From an uncultured Acidobacteriota bacterium (GTDB lineage: Bacteria > Acidobacteriota > Terriglobia > Terriglobales > Acidobacteriaceae), in contig CAWBRT010000004.1 in assembly GCA_963791145.1 (NCBI GenBank), forward strand, positions 11,217 through 75,216: a DNA stretch of 64,000 nt. Direction: 5' to 3'. Below the pieces are notes generated by a model. The model was not told the DNA's origin, ran no database searches, and worked only from the letters and a program-made list of their open reading frames with translations. Made by a program: the position numbers and the translations under genes. Below, piece by piece: positions 19,901-30,725 of this stretch (its first letter is position 1; each line of letters opens with the position of its first letter).

Positions 19901-19937
19901 TGCCGCTGGCCTCCATCCCGGGAAAGAAGAATCCTGC

Positions 19938-20234
19938 CTACTTCTTCGGCGGCACGATTGCCTCCTTCGTCGCCTTCGCCAAATAGAATTTCGCCACCGT
20001 CTTCGCCTTAATCTTAATCGGCTCGCCGGTCCGGGGGTTACGACCCATCCGGGCTTTCCGCTGTACCTTCTTCAACCGCCCTAGGCCGGGAAGAACGAAT
20101 ACCCCGGTCTTCTTAGCCTGTGCTACCGCCAGTTCCGCCAGATAATTCAAAAAAGCCGCAGACTGCTTGTTGGTGATTTCGTTTTTCTCGGCCAGAAACC
20201 GAATCAACTGGGTCTTGGTCATTGTTGCTGCCAT
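19938..20234 (-). CDS. HU/IHF-family DNA-binding protein
   Basis: ...GRNPRTGEPIKIKAKTVAKF... is the HU arm motif; a lysine-rich C-terminal tail is present. Confidence 0.85.
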   Translation of the reverse strand: MAATMTKTQLIRFLAEKNEITNKQSAAFLNYLAELAVAQAKKTGVFVLPGLGRLKKVQRKARMGRNPRTGEPIKIKAKTVAKFYLAKATKEAIVPPKK

Positions 20235-20264
20235 TCAGGTGTCCTCCTTGTAGATCAAGCGAGA

Positions 20265-20519
20265 CTATTGTTTATTGAGCTTGTTTTTCCGTTCCTGCAG
20301 AGCCTGACGCTCTTTTTGCGCCTGTGCGGCTTGCGCGGAGTTTAGCTGTTTACCGCCGTACTGGGCATTGTGCCGGGCCACATCGTTCTTGAGTTGCTGC
20401 TGTTGCGCTTGTTTCGCGGCTTTCTGCTGCGTGTTATTCTTATCTTCAGCCAGCAGCATGGAAGCGCCTAGGAACAGAACGATCAGCAGCAGGAATGATG
20501 TGGCCTTCCCTCTGGTCAT
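20265..20519 (-). CDS. Small secreted Gln/Ala/Lys-rich protein of unknown function
   Basis: 84 aa; N-terminal signal peptide (FLLLIVLFLGASMLLA); low-complexity remainder. Confidence 0.4.
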   Translation of the reverse strand: MTRGKATSFLLLIVLFLGASMLLAEDKNNTQQKAAKQAQQQQLKNDVARHNAQYGGKQLNSAQAAQAQKERQALQERKNKLNKQ

Positions 20520-20989
20520 CTCCCCTCCTTCGTGAGGCGCTTTTGTGTAAACCGGCTAGGGGCCGCTTGCTTTAAAGTTTCACAAGTGCCACAACTCCGC
20601 AAGTGTATTTCTCGGCAGCCCTTTCCGACATGGGACCGAGTCGAAACCAGAAGGCGGGGGAGTGATTCCGAATCTATAGCTGTTTCCCACTCTTCTTCTC
20701 AAGACGGGCACTGAGCGGCGAAAGACCTTTCGTTGAAATCTGGTGGCACTGGCTTGAGGGAACTGTGAATCAGAAACTGCCACAAAAGCCCTGTGTGCGC
20801 TTGATGTTTTAACCTCCAAGCGACGGGATGGGCACCCCATCTGCCTACGATGTAGGGTTCGGCTAACCGAAGACGCCGACTACCTCGCACAAGCCGGGCA
20901 ACGCTTTCGGTAGGGCGTGAATCGATCTCGAAGATACCTACTACGCAGCGTTGCGGCTCTTGAACGGGAGCATGTCAGACCTTCGAGGT

Positions 20990-21175
20990 CGGACCGATCT
21001 CGGGGCTCGGCGAGTTTGAAACTAAGCCGATTCAGGCTGTATCTGCGAAGCACACGATCGCAGACCATCTCGATTGAGCTGCCTGGTCTTCAGGTGACCT
21101 TTGCCGGGGGCGAACGAATCCATACGGAGAATAGCTACAAGTACACCCCATGCCATGGTCTGCTCTCTCCTGCAG
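20990..21175 (+). pseudogene. Possible C-terminal remnant of an EgtD-type SAM-dependent histidine N-methyltransferase
   Basis: ...LQVTFAGGERIHTENSYKYTP resembles the EgtD C-terminal L-V-F--GE-I-TE-S-KF-PE motif; no intact upstream ORF. Confidence 0.25.
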
Positions 21176-21660
21176 GACGGAGGATTTGACTGGAACATAC
21201 CTGTGGACGGACTGGCGGAAAGGGCGGCACAGTCGGGGTCGTGACGATGAACCGTCCTGTATTTCATGAATGCGTCCGCCAGAAGGGCAGCGTGAGGGTA
21301 ATACACGAATACGAACTCGAAAGGCACACACAACGAACAAAGGAGAAGGAACATGAAGATCTTGATGGTGCTACGGCGGATTCTGGAGAGCATCAGAAGC
21401 GATTAATGCCTTCGAGCCAATGCTGGCAATTGAGAACAGCGCTCCAGCGGCTTTCGAATGGATAGTCCTCTGTGGGCCCAGGAACCCCAGGCAGTACAGG
21501 AGGAGGGACTGCTTGCAGTAAGTGGTCGTGCTGCACAAAGATTCGAGACTACGCCAGAGCAGGCGGGAGGTTCTGTTAATTAATGCAACCATTCTTTTGC
21601 AATTGCTATCGACAGAGTCAACACTTTGGCAAAATCTAGCATTAGTCAGGAGACCAAAGC

Positions 21661-21993
21661 ATGAAACAAATCGGTTGCTTATTGTTGCTCATTCTGTGTT
21701 TGAGTGTATGGATGTACGCGGCAGACTCAGACACGTCAATGGAGACCAGCGGCACGATCTGCAACACCCATTGCGTCATATACGGGCGAGACCTTTCCAG
21801 TTGCGACTCCAGCTGCACGGTCACCAGCGGTGAGGCTGTGCTTATTAACGATGCCGGCGAAGTCAAGAAGATCAAGAACCAGGAAATGTGTACAAGCCAC
21901 ATGGGCAAGCATGTAAAGATGACGGCTGTCCCAACAGAAAAGGACGGTGAGCAGTGGCTCCAAGTTAAGCAGCTCAACGATGATGCTCGCTAG
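21661..21993 (+). CDS. Small secreted Cys-rich protein (110 aa, 7 Cys after the signal peptide)
   Basis: AGGAGA RBS 8 nt before the ATG; signal peptide LLLLILCLSVWMYAADS; lower-GC region. Confidence 0.5.
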   Translation: MKQIGCLLLLILCLSVWMYAADSDTSMETSGTICNTHCVIYGRDLSSCDSSCTVTSGEAVLINDAGEVKKIKNQEMCTSHMGKHVKMTAVPTEKDGEQWLQVKQLNDDAR

Positions 21994-22387
21994 TTCGTAG
22001 CCACCGGGACTGCTTCTCCACGGGTTGTCTTCGTACTGATTGCAGTTGAACTCTTTCATCGTTGCAAGCTGCACGCGTTGGGACTGATGGGTTAGTCTCC
22101 CGGCCAGGTCAACGTGTCGCCCCAAGCGTTGACTGAAATCACCGAGTTCCTTATCGACATTCGCAATCGGCCCCCGGTCGGACTGTCGTCTGAAAAGACG
22201 TTGAGTTCAATCGGACGTGCCCAAAGGGGGGACACCGTGACCCAACCTGGTGCTACACAACGAGGCAGCGAGTTGGCAACTGACGCCGTGCCTTGGGAGG
22301 CTTTTCCTAAGCCAAAGACGCCTGGGTTTACTCGATCCGCGCGTCATTCAGGCCGCTGTGCTAACTGAGATAGGTAGGAGTCGAATC

Positions 22388-22999
22388 ATGCGCTTTGGCA
22401 TTGTGCCCGGAGGTACCTTTCCCGACTACGAGCTGCCCGATCACACGAGCAGACTGCGCAGGCTCAGCGAACTGCAGGGCGATGACCCGCTGATCCTCAC
22501 CCTCGCGCGCGGCAACTACTGCCCGAAGGAGCACCAGCAGCACCTGGAACTGGCCGCGTTCTACCCGAAGATCGCCGTGGCCTACACCCAGATCGCCACG
22601 ATCTCCACCGATGACCATCACACGCTCCAGGAGTTCCGTGCGTCGGTCGGCGCCCAGTGGACCTTCCTCTCCGACCCTGACCGAACGGTGCAGAAGGACC
22701 TCGACATCCAGGAGTACACCGACCCCGAGCACAACCCGATGATCCCGCACACGCTGGTGCTCAAGCCGGGCCTCGTGATCCACAGCATCTACAACGGCTA
22801 CTGGTTCTGGGGCCGCCCGTCGTTCATCGACCTCTGGCACGACCTGCGCGCCGTCACGCAGCGAGATCCGCCCCGACTGGGACCTGAGCACCCCGGGCTC
22901 CGCGAGGCTTGGAACGCGGGCGACTTCTCGCGCTTCCACGGGTGGAACAAACGGGCCGATGCGAAAGCGGCCCCGGTTGGACTGAAGAAGGAACGGTGA
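22388..22999 (+). CDS. AhpC/TSA (redoxin) family thioredoxin-fold protein
   Basis: GGAG RBS; CPKE-type active-site cysteine; thioredoxin-fold layout. Confidence 0.65.
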   Translation: MRFGIVPGGTFPDYELPDHTSRLRRLSELQGDDPLILTLARGNYCPKEHQQHLELAAFYPKIAVAYTQIATISTDDHHTLQEFRASVGAQWTFLSDPDRTVQKDLDIQEYTDPEHNPMIPHTLVLKPGLVIHSIYNGYWFWGRPSFIDLWHDLRAVTQRDPPRLGPEHPGLREAWNAGDFSRFHGWNKRADAKAAPVGLKKER

Positions 23000-23187
23000 C
23001 CGTAAGCCGCGAACCGGAACTCGCCTGCCAGACCGTCGTCGTACTCGGCGGTAGATTGGAGTCCGCATGGCAAAACTGACATATGTCAGGAAATCATTGC
23101 ACTGCTGGTCATCGGCCCCCACAACGATTTCATTTCCGAGAGAGGCAAGGTATTGGATCGCTTGAAGACTGCTACAGACGCAGATGA

Positions 23188-25013
23188 TTGTGTTCCTCAT
23201 ATGTTGCAAATCCTGAATACAGCGCGTCCAAGCGGAACGGGATGGCTAAACTACTGTCGGTGAACGTCGGACTTCCACGCGATATCGCAGTGGAAAGGCC
23301 GCACTGTGCACACCGGGATCTGGAAGAATCCGGTGCACGGCCGCTGTCGGGTCGGCCGGTTGAATCTGGCGGGAGACGGTCAAGGCGACTTGGCCGGGCA
23401 CGGGGGCGAGCATCGAGCCGTCTTCGTCTACCAGATTGAATCGTATCGCTATTGGCAGGAGCAGCTGAAGAGGACCGACTTCGTCCACGGACAGTTCGGC
23501 GAGAATTTCACGATCGAAGAGGATTGCCCGACGATGCGGTATGCATCGGCGACCGTTATCAGATCGGCAGCGCGCTGTTCGAGGTCACTCAACCTCGCGT
23601 CACTTGCTATCGCGTCGGCATTCGGATGAACGAGCCCCGGATGGCGGCATTGCTGACCTCCAGCGGACGGCCGGGGTTCTACTTCCGCGTTCTGCAGGAA
23701 GGCGAGGTGGGTGCGGGCGACGAAATCGTGAAGGTGGGAGAGGCGGAGGAGCGAATGACCGTCGCGGAGATCAACGCGCTCCTCTATTTGCCCAATCATG
23801 CACGCGATCGGCTGGAGCGCGCATTGCGGATCGAAGCGCTTTCGCCCGGATGGCGCTGGTTCGTTTGAGGCGTTACTGCAGAGCCCAACAACTGCCGCGG
23901 GAAGTGGAAACGCGGGGCTCGCGCCGGCAGCAGCCGCGCATCCGGCTGCACCAGGATTTCGGCCGCTCGCGGTGACGGCAATCGATCGCGAGTCTGCGGA
24001 CGTGCTCTCGTTGACGATGCAGAGCCCGGACGGTCATCCGCTGCCGACGGCTCTGCCGGGCCAGTACGTGGTTGTGCGTCTTCAGCCGACCGACCGGCGG
24101 CGCGCCGTTCTTTCGCAGCTACTCGCTCTCGGGTCCTCTCTCGGCGGAGCGCTATCGAATCAGCGTGAAGATCGAGCCGAATGGAGCGGCCGGAACCTAC
24201 CTGCGGGAGCATGTCCGTGTGGGCGATGCTCTCGACGTCAGCTCGCCGCGCGGAAGCTTCATTCTTGCAGTCGGGAGAGCGGCCGGTCGTGCTGCTCAGC
24301 GCGGGAATCGGGGCGACGCCTGTTCTGGCGATGCTGCACGCGCTGGCGGAGTCCCGCTCAGCACGGCAGGTCCTGTGGCTGCACGCCGCTCGCGATCGGC
24401 AACATCATCCATTCGCCGCCGAAGTCCGCCGCCTCATGCTCGCGCTCCCGCAACGGCCGCAGCTACGTTTGTTACAGCAGGCCGGGCCCCAACGACAAGA
24501 AGGGTGAGGATTTCGACGCTGCCGGTCACCTGTCGCGACCGGTGTTCGACGAGGTCGGTGTTCCACGAGAGGCGGACGTCTACCTCTGCGGGCCCAACTC
24601 GCTTCATGGCAGACATGAAAGAGGCGCTCACTACTATGGGTGTCGCGCCGGAGCGGATTCACGTCGAAATCTTCAACGGCAGCGAGTCGATGACTCCGGG
24701 CGTCGTCGGCGCAGCGAAGGCGAACTCCGCATGTGCCGCGTGACGACGGCAACACCGGTCCGCTGGTATCGTTCGCGCGCAGTGGCATCGCCGCACACTG
24801 GAAGGCGTCGGCTACCAGAGCATTTTAGAGCTGGCCGAGGCGTGTGATGTTCCGGTCCGTTGGTCGTGCCGGACCGGTGTTTGTCACAGCTGTGAGAGTG
24901 GTTTGGTTTCGGGGGCGGTCGTCTACGGGCCGGAGCCCCTCGAAAAGCCCGCCGACGGCAACCTTCTCATTTGCTGCTCGCAACCGGCCGGCGACGTCGT
25001 CATCGATTTGTGA
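23188..25013 (+). pseudogene. MOSC domain + FAD/NAD(P)-binding reductase + 2Fe-2S ferredoxin fusion gene, split over at least six frames
   Basis: MOSC motifs in 23188-23868 across three frames (GDGQGDLAGHGGEHRAVFVY; FEVTQPRVTCYRVG); FNR-like segments (RPLAVTAIDRESADV; RYRISVKIEPNGAAGTYL; VVLLSAGIGATPVLAML); ferredoxin CRTGVCHSCESG...LICCSQP at the end. Confidence 0.6.
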
Positions 25014-25149
25014 GCCTGACCGGGGTTCGGAAGAATCACACCTCTAACTTCCCATAACGCGGTTTTGGGCCCCTGCCCGTAGTGGAAGGAGAGGCTGACA
25101 AACGCCAGAGGCCGATAGCGGCCAGAGGGTCTCAGGCGGAGAATGATGG

Positions 25150-25947
25150 TCAACCTCGTGGCTGTGCCTGCCGTACCATCTCTACTAGAACGTCTCTGGT
25201 TTCCGCCGGACTGTTCACCTCCCGCAACAGCGCGATGCGGGCGCCACGCACGCCATCCGGAGTCTTCAGCCGCAGATGAAAGCCCAGGCGGTCGATCGAA
25301 GTCATGATTGCTTCCTGCGACTCGACGCCGGCGAAACTCCGCGCCAGCAGAATGAGCGCGTCTTTATGCTCGGCATTCATGTGTTGCGCGATTCCAGATG
25401 CGGCGTCAGCCAGCGGGTCGGGTTGGGCACGTTCATAGTCGTGTGCGGTGATCCAGCCCATTACGCCGAAGCCGCCCACGTAGTAAACGTCCACGACTTC
25501 CATGCGGTAAAAAGAAAAGTCTTCGTAATCTACCCAGTATTTGCTGTTCTCGTAGCGGGCCAGGTAGAGCTTGCGAGCTTCCGCAATCTCTGGCTGTTCT
25601 ATTGTTAGAACCCTGCCCAGTAGAGTAACCCTGGACGCGCCCAGCGGATCGCCGCTCGCGTCAGGTTGTGTTACCAGCAAACTGGCATGCGGGTTCGCCA
25701 ACAGATTGTGGGTGTGCATGGCCATCGTACTGATAAGAAAGATGGGGCGCCCCCGCTGGTCGGCTCCGTAGGGCATAACCGAACCGAAGGGAAAGCCCGG
25801 CTGCTTGCGTGAGAGGGTTGAGAGGCTCCCGATACGGCCCAAGTAGGCGAGGGTGCGAGCGCGCTCGGCGAACGAAGGCTCAGGCATAGCAGGCTGGCCA
25901 GTTGCCGGGCCACCGCCTGCGTGCTTTCCGGCCGATGAAGATGACAC
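25150..25947 (-). CDS. Pyridoxamine-5'-phosphate-oxidase-like FMN-binding protein with a DUF2470-type C-terminal domain (HugZ-like)
   Basis: GFPFGSVMPYGADQRGRPIFLIS...SLLV split-barrel motif. Confidence 0.55.
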   Translation of the reverse strand: MSSSSAGKHAGGGPATGQPAMPEPSFAERARTLAYLGRIGSLSTLSRKQPGFPFGSVMPYGADQRGRPIFLISTMAMHTHNLLANPHASLLVTQPDASGDPLGASRVTLLGRVLTIEQPEIAEARKLYLARYENSKYWVDYEDFSFYRMEVVDVYYVGGFGVMGWITAHDYERAQPDPLADAASGIAQHMNAEHKDALILLARSFAGVESQEAIMTSIDRLGFHLRLKTPDGVRGARIALLREVNSPAETRDVLVEMVRQAQPRG

Positions 25948-26059
25948 CTGACGATCTCCTGATCAACTCAACTTGGTCATTGTGAATAGATGCGCGAATG
26001 GGCCGCGGAGAACACCAAATGACGGGAACCCGTTTCGTTCCGCCCAGGTTAGTGAGTAC

Positions 26060-27226
26060 TTACAGCGCCGATCCCGCACATGCACCCGAGGCCCACGCCC
26101 ACTGGAAATTGAACCCTCCCAAGTGGCCGGTCACATCCACGACTTCTCCGATGAAGAATAGGCCGCGAACTTTGCGGCTCTCCATCGTCTTGGCCCACAG
26201 CTCGCCAGTATCCACTCCTCCGGCTGTTACCTCGGCTTTGTCATAGCCCTCGGTATCGGCCGGTGTGATCGCCCATTGATGTGCCTGAAGCTCCAGCGCC
26301 TCAAGTGCGGCGTTCGTCCAGTTCGCAGGGGTGTGCAGCTCAAGCCAGCGTTCCGCCAGCCGGTTCGGCAGAGCAGCGCGGAAAGCTCTCTTCGCCGCGC
26401 TTAGATCTCTGGACGAGTTTGAGTTGCGAAGCATCGCCGTAACATTCCTCTCGGGGGCCAGGTCAATCAGGATCGGCTGCAGCTTATTCCAATACGATGA
26501 GATTTGCAGGATAGCTGGCCCACTCAAGCCTCGATGCGTGATGAGCATCTTCTCGCGAAAACCCTGTTTGCCGGAGGACGCCACCACATCGGCCGCGACC
26601 CCAGCCAGGTCGCAGTAGCGCTCGCGGTCTTCGTCCCCTAGCACCAGCGGGACCAGCGCCGGCCGCATGGGACGAATCACCAACCCAAACTGACGTGCCA
26701 GCTCATATCCGAAGCCGGTAGCCCCCATCTTGGGAATAGATAGCCCGCCGGTTGCGACCACAACTGCTGGCGCATGAAACTCCTTCTCCCCCGCGCGCAC
26801 CACGAAGCGGGTATCGCGCCGAACCTCGTCGATCGCCGTATTTAGAAACAGTTGGACACCGGTGGTGCGGCACTCGCACTCCAGCATGCTCAAGATATCC
26901 TGGGACGAGCGGTCGCAAAATAACTGTCCCAATGTCTTTTCGTGGTAAGGAATACGGTGCTTCTCGACCAGGGCAATAAAGTCCGAAGGTGTGTATCGGG
27001 CCAGCGCGGATTTTGCGAAATGCGGGTTGTGAGAGATGAAATGCTCCGGTTGGCAGTAGATGTTGGTGAAGTTACAGCGGCCTCCGCCGGAAATAAGAAT
27101 CTTCTTGCCCGCCCGCTCGGCGCGCTCAAGCACGGCCACGCGCCGTCCGCGTTTGCCGGCTTCCACCGCGCACATTAAGCCGGCAGCTCCCGCGCCCAGA
27201 ACGATAGCATCAAAATTGTGAGTCAA
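26060..27226 (-). CDS. HI0933/BaiN-family FAD-dependent flavoprotein
   Basis: N-terminal FDAIVLGAGAAGLMCA and GGGRCNFTN motif. Confidence 0.8.
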   Translation of the reverse strand: MTHNFDAIVLGAGAAGLMCAVEAGKRGRRVAVLERAERAGKKILISGGGRCNFTNIYCQPEHFISHNPHFAKSALARYTPSDFIALVEKHRIPYHEKTLGQLFCDRSSQDILSMLECECRTTGVQLFLNTAIDEVRRDTRFVVRAGEKEFHAPAVVVATGGLSIPKMGATGFGYELARQFGLVIRPMRPALVPLVLGDEDRERYCDLAGVAADVVASSGKQGFREKMLITHRGLSGPAILQISSYWNKLQPILIDLAPERNVTAMLRNSNSSRDLSAAKRAFRAALPNRLAERWLELHTPANWTNAALEALELQAHQWAITPADTEGYDKAEVTAGGVDTGELWAKTMESRKVRGLFFIGEVVDVTGHLGGFNFQWAWASGACAGSAL

Positions 27227-27464
27227 GGAAACCTCAGCCGCTCAGGCCAGACCGTCGTCTTCAGTCTGTATTTTGCAACCGATAGCGCAAAACAGCAAAG
27301 GCACGAGCGCTAGTTACTTGCTCCACGGGATTTTAGTGTACCGGATACGGCGAGTGAAATGCTGGAGGATAGCTTTCTAGCGACCAAGAACAAACGCAAC
27401 GATGGTGTCACCACTCTTCCCGGTAGCAGCTTCCGCCCGCGCGAGAAGCTTTGCTTCGAGATCG

Positions 27465-27985
27465 TCAGTGTCTGCGTGGAGTTCGCACGCGGCGATCTGT
27501 TCCGTGGTCGCACCATGGAAGCAAAGTTCGCAAACACCGAAGCCGCCTTCCGAGGCGTAGCGGTGGTCCGAAGACGCGGCATGTCATCGGGACGCGCCGT
27601 ATACAGATCGCATGTGCCGGTCTTGGGATCAAGCACCGGGCAAGGTTCGTCATTGGCGAAGTCTTCGAAATCTTTGCCGATCCTCGTCGAGTATTCCTGT
27701 GGATGGGTCTCCCGGAAAGCCAGCGCGTAGGCGGCGTACTGCAGCACGGGCGCGCTGGCGCACCCGCTTCGCCCGCTCGGGATCCTGCTGCTCCAGTTCA
27801 GCCAGACCGTCTTGTAACCTGATGGCGTCCAGTTGCGTGATAGCGAACACCCCAATGCAGCACTGAGTACAGCCTGGGCGACACACCAGCCAGGGGCCGC
27901 TCCTGCGAGCGGAGTCTTCGAGCGCAGCGTCCACGATCTGCACCAGTTCACGGTCGGCACCGCGGAGTGACTCAGGGCTGCGCAT
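27465..27985 (-). pseudogene. YkgJ-family (UPF0153, CxxCxxCC) Fe-S/zinc cluster protein gene split over three frames
   Basis: CRPGCTQCC in the ORF 27650-27985, CPVLDPKTGTCDLYTARP in the 27310-28041 frame, and MTCRVFGP in the ORF 27465-27653. Confidence 0.45.
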
Positions 27986-28283
27986 GTCGACATCCTATCC
28001 CACCCACCCGCACAATGCGAGTGACCGCACGCCAGCAGCACACGTCACTCCATACGTTTAGGATGGGCCCATTGTGCGTTCCCCAAAAAACATACGGCCA
28101 CTTACTCCCGACGCATGTCGTGTCCATCTGCGCAGGCACCTCATTCCTGATTGACACCGTCAACAACACTTTCAGAAGCCGGGCCAGAAGTCAGGTTCTG
28201 GGAAGTCAGCCTTGGTCAGGAGGCGACAGCTCTGATTTCGCAAAATGCAGTCTCGGGATATCCCAGTACTGCTGCCAATGTCT

Positions 28284-29483
28284 TTACTTACTTATGGCCG
28301 CGATCGACTTGCCGGTTGGCAGAAGCCTGCGATAGATGCTCTCAATCTGTTGGTGGCTCAGCTTCTTGGGATTGTTCACTAAGAGCCTGGTTACTTTAAG
28401 GGCCGCCCGTGCGAGTCCATCGATGTCCTTGTCTTCGACACCATAGTCCCCCAAGTTCTGCGGTATTCTCAATTCGGCGATCCATTCCTGAATACGCCCA
28501 ATTACTGCTGAACCAAGGGTCGATGTATCCCCGTGCACACCCATTGCCTTCGCCACCTCGGCCATCCGTGGCTGAATCGCGTCGGCATTGAATTCCGTGA
28601 CATGCGGGAACAGCATCGAGTTGGAAACGCCGTGCGGAATCCCGAACTTCCCTCCCAATGGGTAAGCCAACGCGTGAACGGCGGCGGTGCCTGCCGACGT
28701 TATTGCCATTCCTCCATAAAGCGCTCCCAGCATCATTCCTTCTCTGGCCTCGAGGTTGTCGGGCTGTTTGTACGCGATCAAGATATTCCGGGAGACCAGC
28801 CGCATGCCCTCGATGGCGAACAGATCGGCGATAGGGTTCGCCTTCGTCGAGATAAAGGATTCGAACGAGTGGATGAACGCGTCCATGCCGGTGAATGCCG
28901 TCACGAACGGCGGGAGTCCTACGGTGACCAGCGCATCGATCAGGACGAGCGCGGGAAGGAGATACCGGCTGACAACACCGATCTTCAGTTCCTGTTCCGG
29001 CAGGGTAACAATAGCATTCGGGGTTGCTTCCGATCCGGTTCCCGCGGTGGTCGGGATGAGTACGGTCGGGATCCCGGGCTTTGCAACCAGGTTTACACCC
29101 AGCATGTCTTCCAGCTTTTGGCTGTTGGTGCGCAATACTGCCACCAGTTTCGTGGCATCCATGACACTGCCGCCGCCAAAGCCAATCAAGACATCGTAAT
29201 TCTCGCCCGCGGTCTGCCGGTGGACCTCTGTAACGTTCGCGGCGGTCGGTTCAGACAGAACACTATCAACTACGCTCACCGCAATGCCGGAGTTGCTCAA
29301 CTGCTGGACAATCTGATCCACCATGCCACTGTCTCTGAGTGACGGCTGCGTCAGAAGCAACACGCTTCTGGCACCCAGTGCAGATTGCAGTTCATGGCTT
29401 AACGTGGCCAAGCACCCCGAGCCCGCAACAATCTCGCTCGCCGTAGCAAACTTATACGGCTTCGATACGTTCTTGATCGACAT
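28284..29483 (-). CDS. Iron-containing alcohol dehydrogenase (Fe-ADH family)
   Basis: GFGGGSVMDATK and later histidine motifs (HGVSNSMLFPHVTEFN). Confidence 0.85.
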   Translation of the reverse strand: MSIKNVSKPYKFATASEIVAGSGCLATLSHELQSALGARSVLLLTQPSLRDSGMVDQIVQQLSNSGIAVSVVDSVLSEPTAANVTEVHRQTAGENYDVLIGFGGGSVMDATKLVAVLRTNSQKLEDMLGVNLVAKPGIPTVLIPTTAGTGSEATPNAIVTLPEQELKIGVVSRYLLPALVLIDALVTVGLPPFVTAFTGMDAFIHSFESFISTKANPIADLFAIEGMRLVSRNILIAYKQPDNLEAREGMMLGALYGGMAITSAGTAAVHALAYPLGGKFGIPHGVSNSMLFPHVTEFNADAIQPRMAEVAKAMGVHGDTSTLGSAVIGRIQEWIAELRIPQNLGDYGVEDKDIDGLARAALKVTRLLVNNPKKLSHQQIESIYRRLLPTGKSIAAISK

Positions 29484-29974
29484 CTCTCTGATCCTTCCCC
29501 GATCCTTCAGGCTTTCACAACAGTTTCCAGTAACCCGATCGGCAACACGTCATTCGGAGTGTCAGTTTGTCGCTTTGGCGAACCCTCCCAGCCCCTGATG
29601 AAACATTATTAGCGTCTTGGCGTTGTGATCAAGTATCAGGTGAACGCCAGGCAGGGGGTATTCAAACCCCGATACGGTTCTCCTATGCCGGTTTCGCAAA
29701 CCGCCGCCCCCTACCCTAAGCCACTCGGACATGTCTCGTCGGCGGCAGCCACCAGCCTTTGCACCGGTCAGGGAGGCCAGGTGCGGTAATGATGTGCCTG
29801 TCCAGTTCCTCAACTCCAACCGCTGCGGCCGCTGCTCCTGTAAGGCACCCCGATATTGTAACGGAAGCCATCCATCATGTCGGCGGCAAATCCTCAGCCG
29901 GAATCAGTCTGGTGCTACGAAAACGACAAGAGACGAACCTGGGTCAAGCGGCTTCGAGACAGCCGCTTGGAGGA

Positions 29975-30055
29975 CGCGATCCCGAAGTCGGCTTCTGGGA
30001 ACTCAGCCTCTGGCTTCCCAGAACGCGGTTTCGGGGTCCCGAAACCGAACCGCTT
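29975..30055. repeat. REP/MITE-like palindromic element, compact copy
   Basis: cccgaagtcggcttctgggaACTCAGcctctggCTTCCCAGAACGCGGTTTCGGGgtcccgaaaccg: two nested hairpins. Confidence 0.55.
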
Positions 30056-30176
30056 TATCGGCTTTGGCCCATGGCCAACGTCCATATCCTGACGTTTCGG
30101 TGCAACTGTCTGCGGGCAAAGGAAATTCAGGTCTTGACATATCACAATATGCAATTATAATATCGCAATCTGTTAT

Positions 30177-30725
30177 ATGAAACTAGGCGACAAGCTTCGC
30201 TACCTGCGCCTGATGGAAGGTACGCTTCGCGGCCTGGGCCGGGAGATGACCCAGCAGGAATTGGCGCGGGCTCTGAAGGCTGAGTCAGGCAAGAGCCTAA
30301 GCCAGTCATACTTGTCACAAATAGAAAATGGCGCTCGCCCCCACTTGACGAACTCTTCGCGTATGCTGCTCGCCAGGTTTTTCAAAGTGCATCCGGGATA
30401 TCTCGTGGACGACCCCGACGGGTATCACGCCGAGTTGTTGTCGGATTTGCGCGTCCTGGAAGACACCCTCGATCTGTGGCTAATCGCGGGCGCCGAACGT
30501 TTCCGCCGCGATCCGGAGATCCGCCACGCGCTGTTGCAGTTGGCCAAGCATGATGATTCGCGCAAATGCCTGGTCCTGCTGGCGGCAATCCTTGAGACTC
30601 CCAAACTCGTGGATCGCTTGATGGAAGTGCTGAAACCGGAGAGAGCGGTCGGGATGAGGGCAAACGCGCGCCAACCGAGTCAGAGCATCAGCGGCGCTAT
30701 CGTAGGGCCTGGGGGGAACCCATGA
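30177..30725 (+). CDS. XRE-family HTH transcriptional regulator with an uncharacterised C-terminal domain
   Basis: HTH segment TQQELARALKAESGKSLSQSYLSQIENGARPH; ATGA coupling to the next gene. Confidence 0.65.
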   Translation: MKLGDKLRYLRLMEGTLRGLGREMTQQELARALKAESGKSLSQSYLSQIENGARPHLTNSSRMLLARFFKVHPGYLVDDPDGYHAELLSDLRVLEDTLDLWLIAGAERFRRDPEIRHALLQLAKHDDSRKCLVLLAAILETPKLVDRLMEVLKPERAVGMRANARQPSQSISGAIVGPGGNP

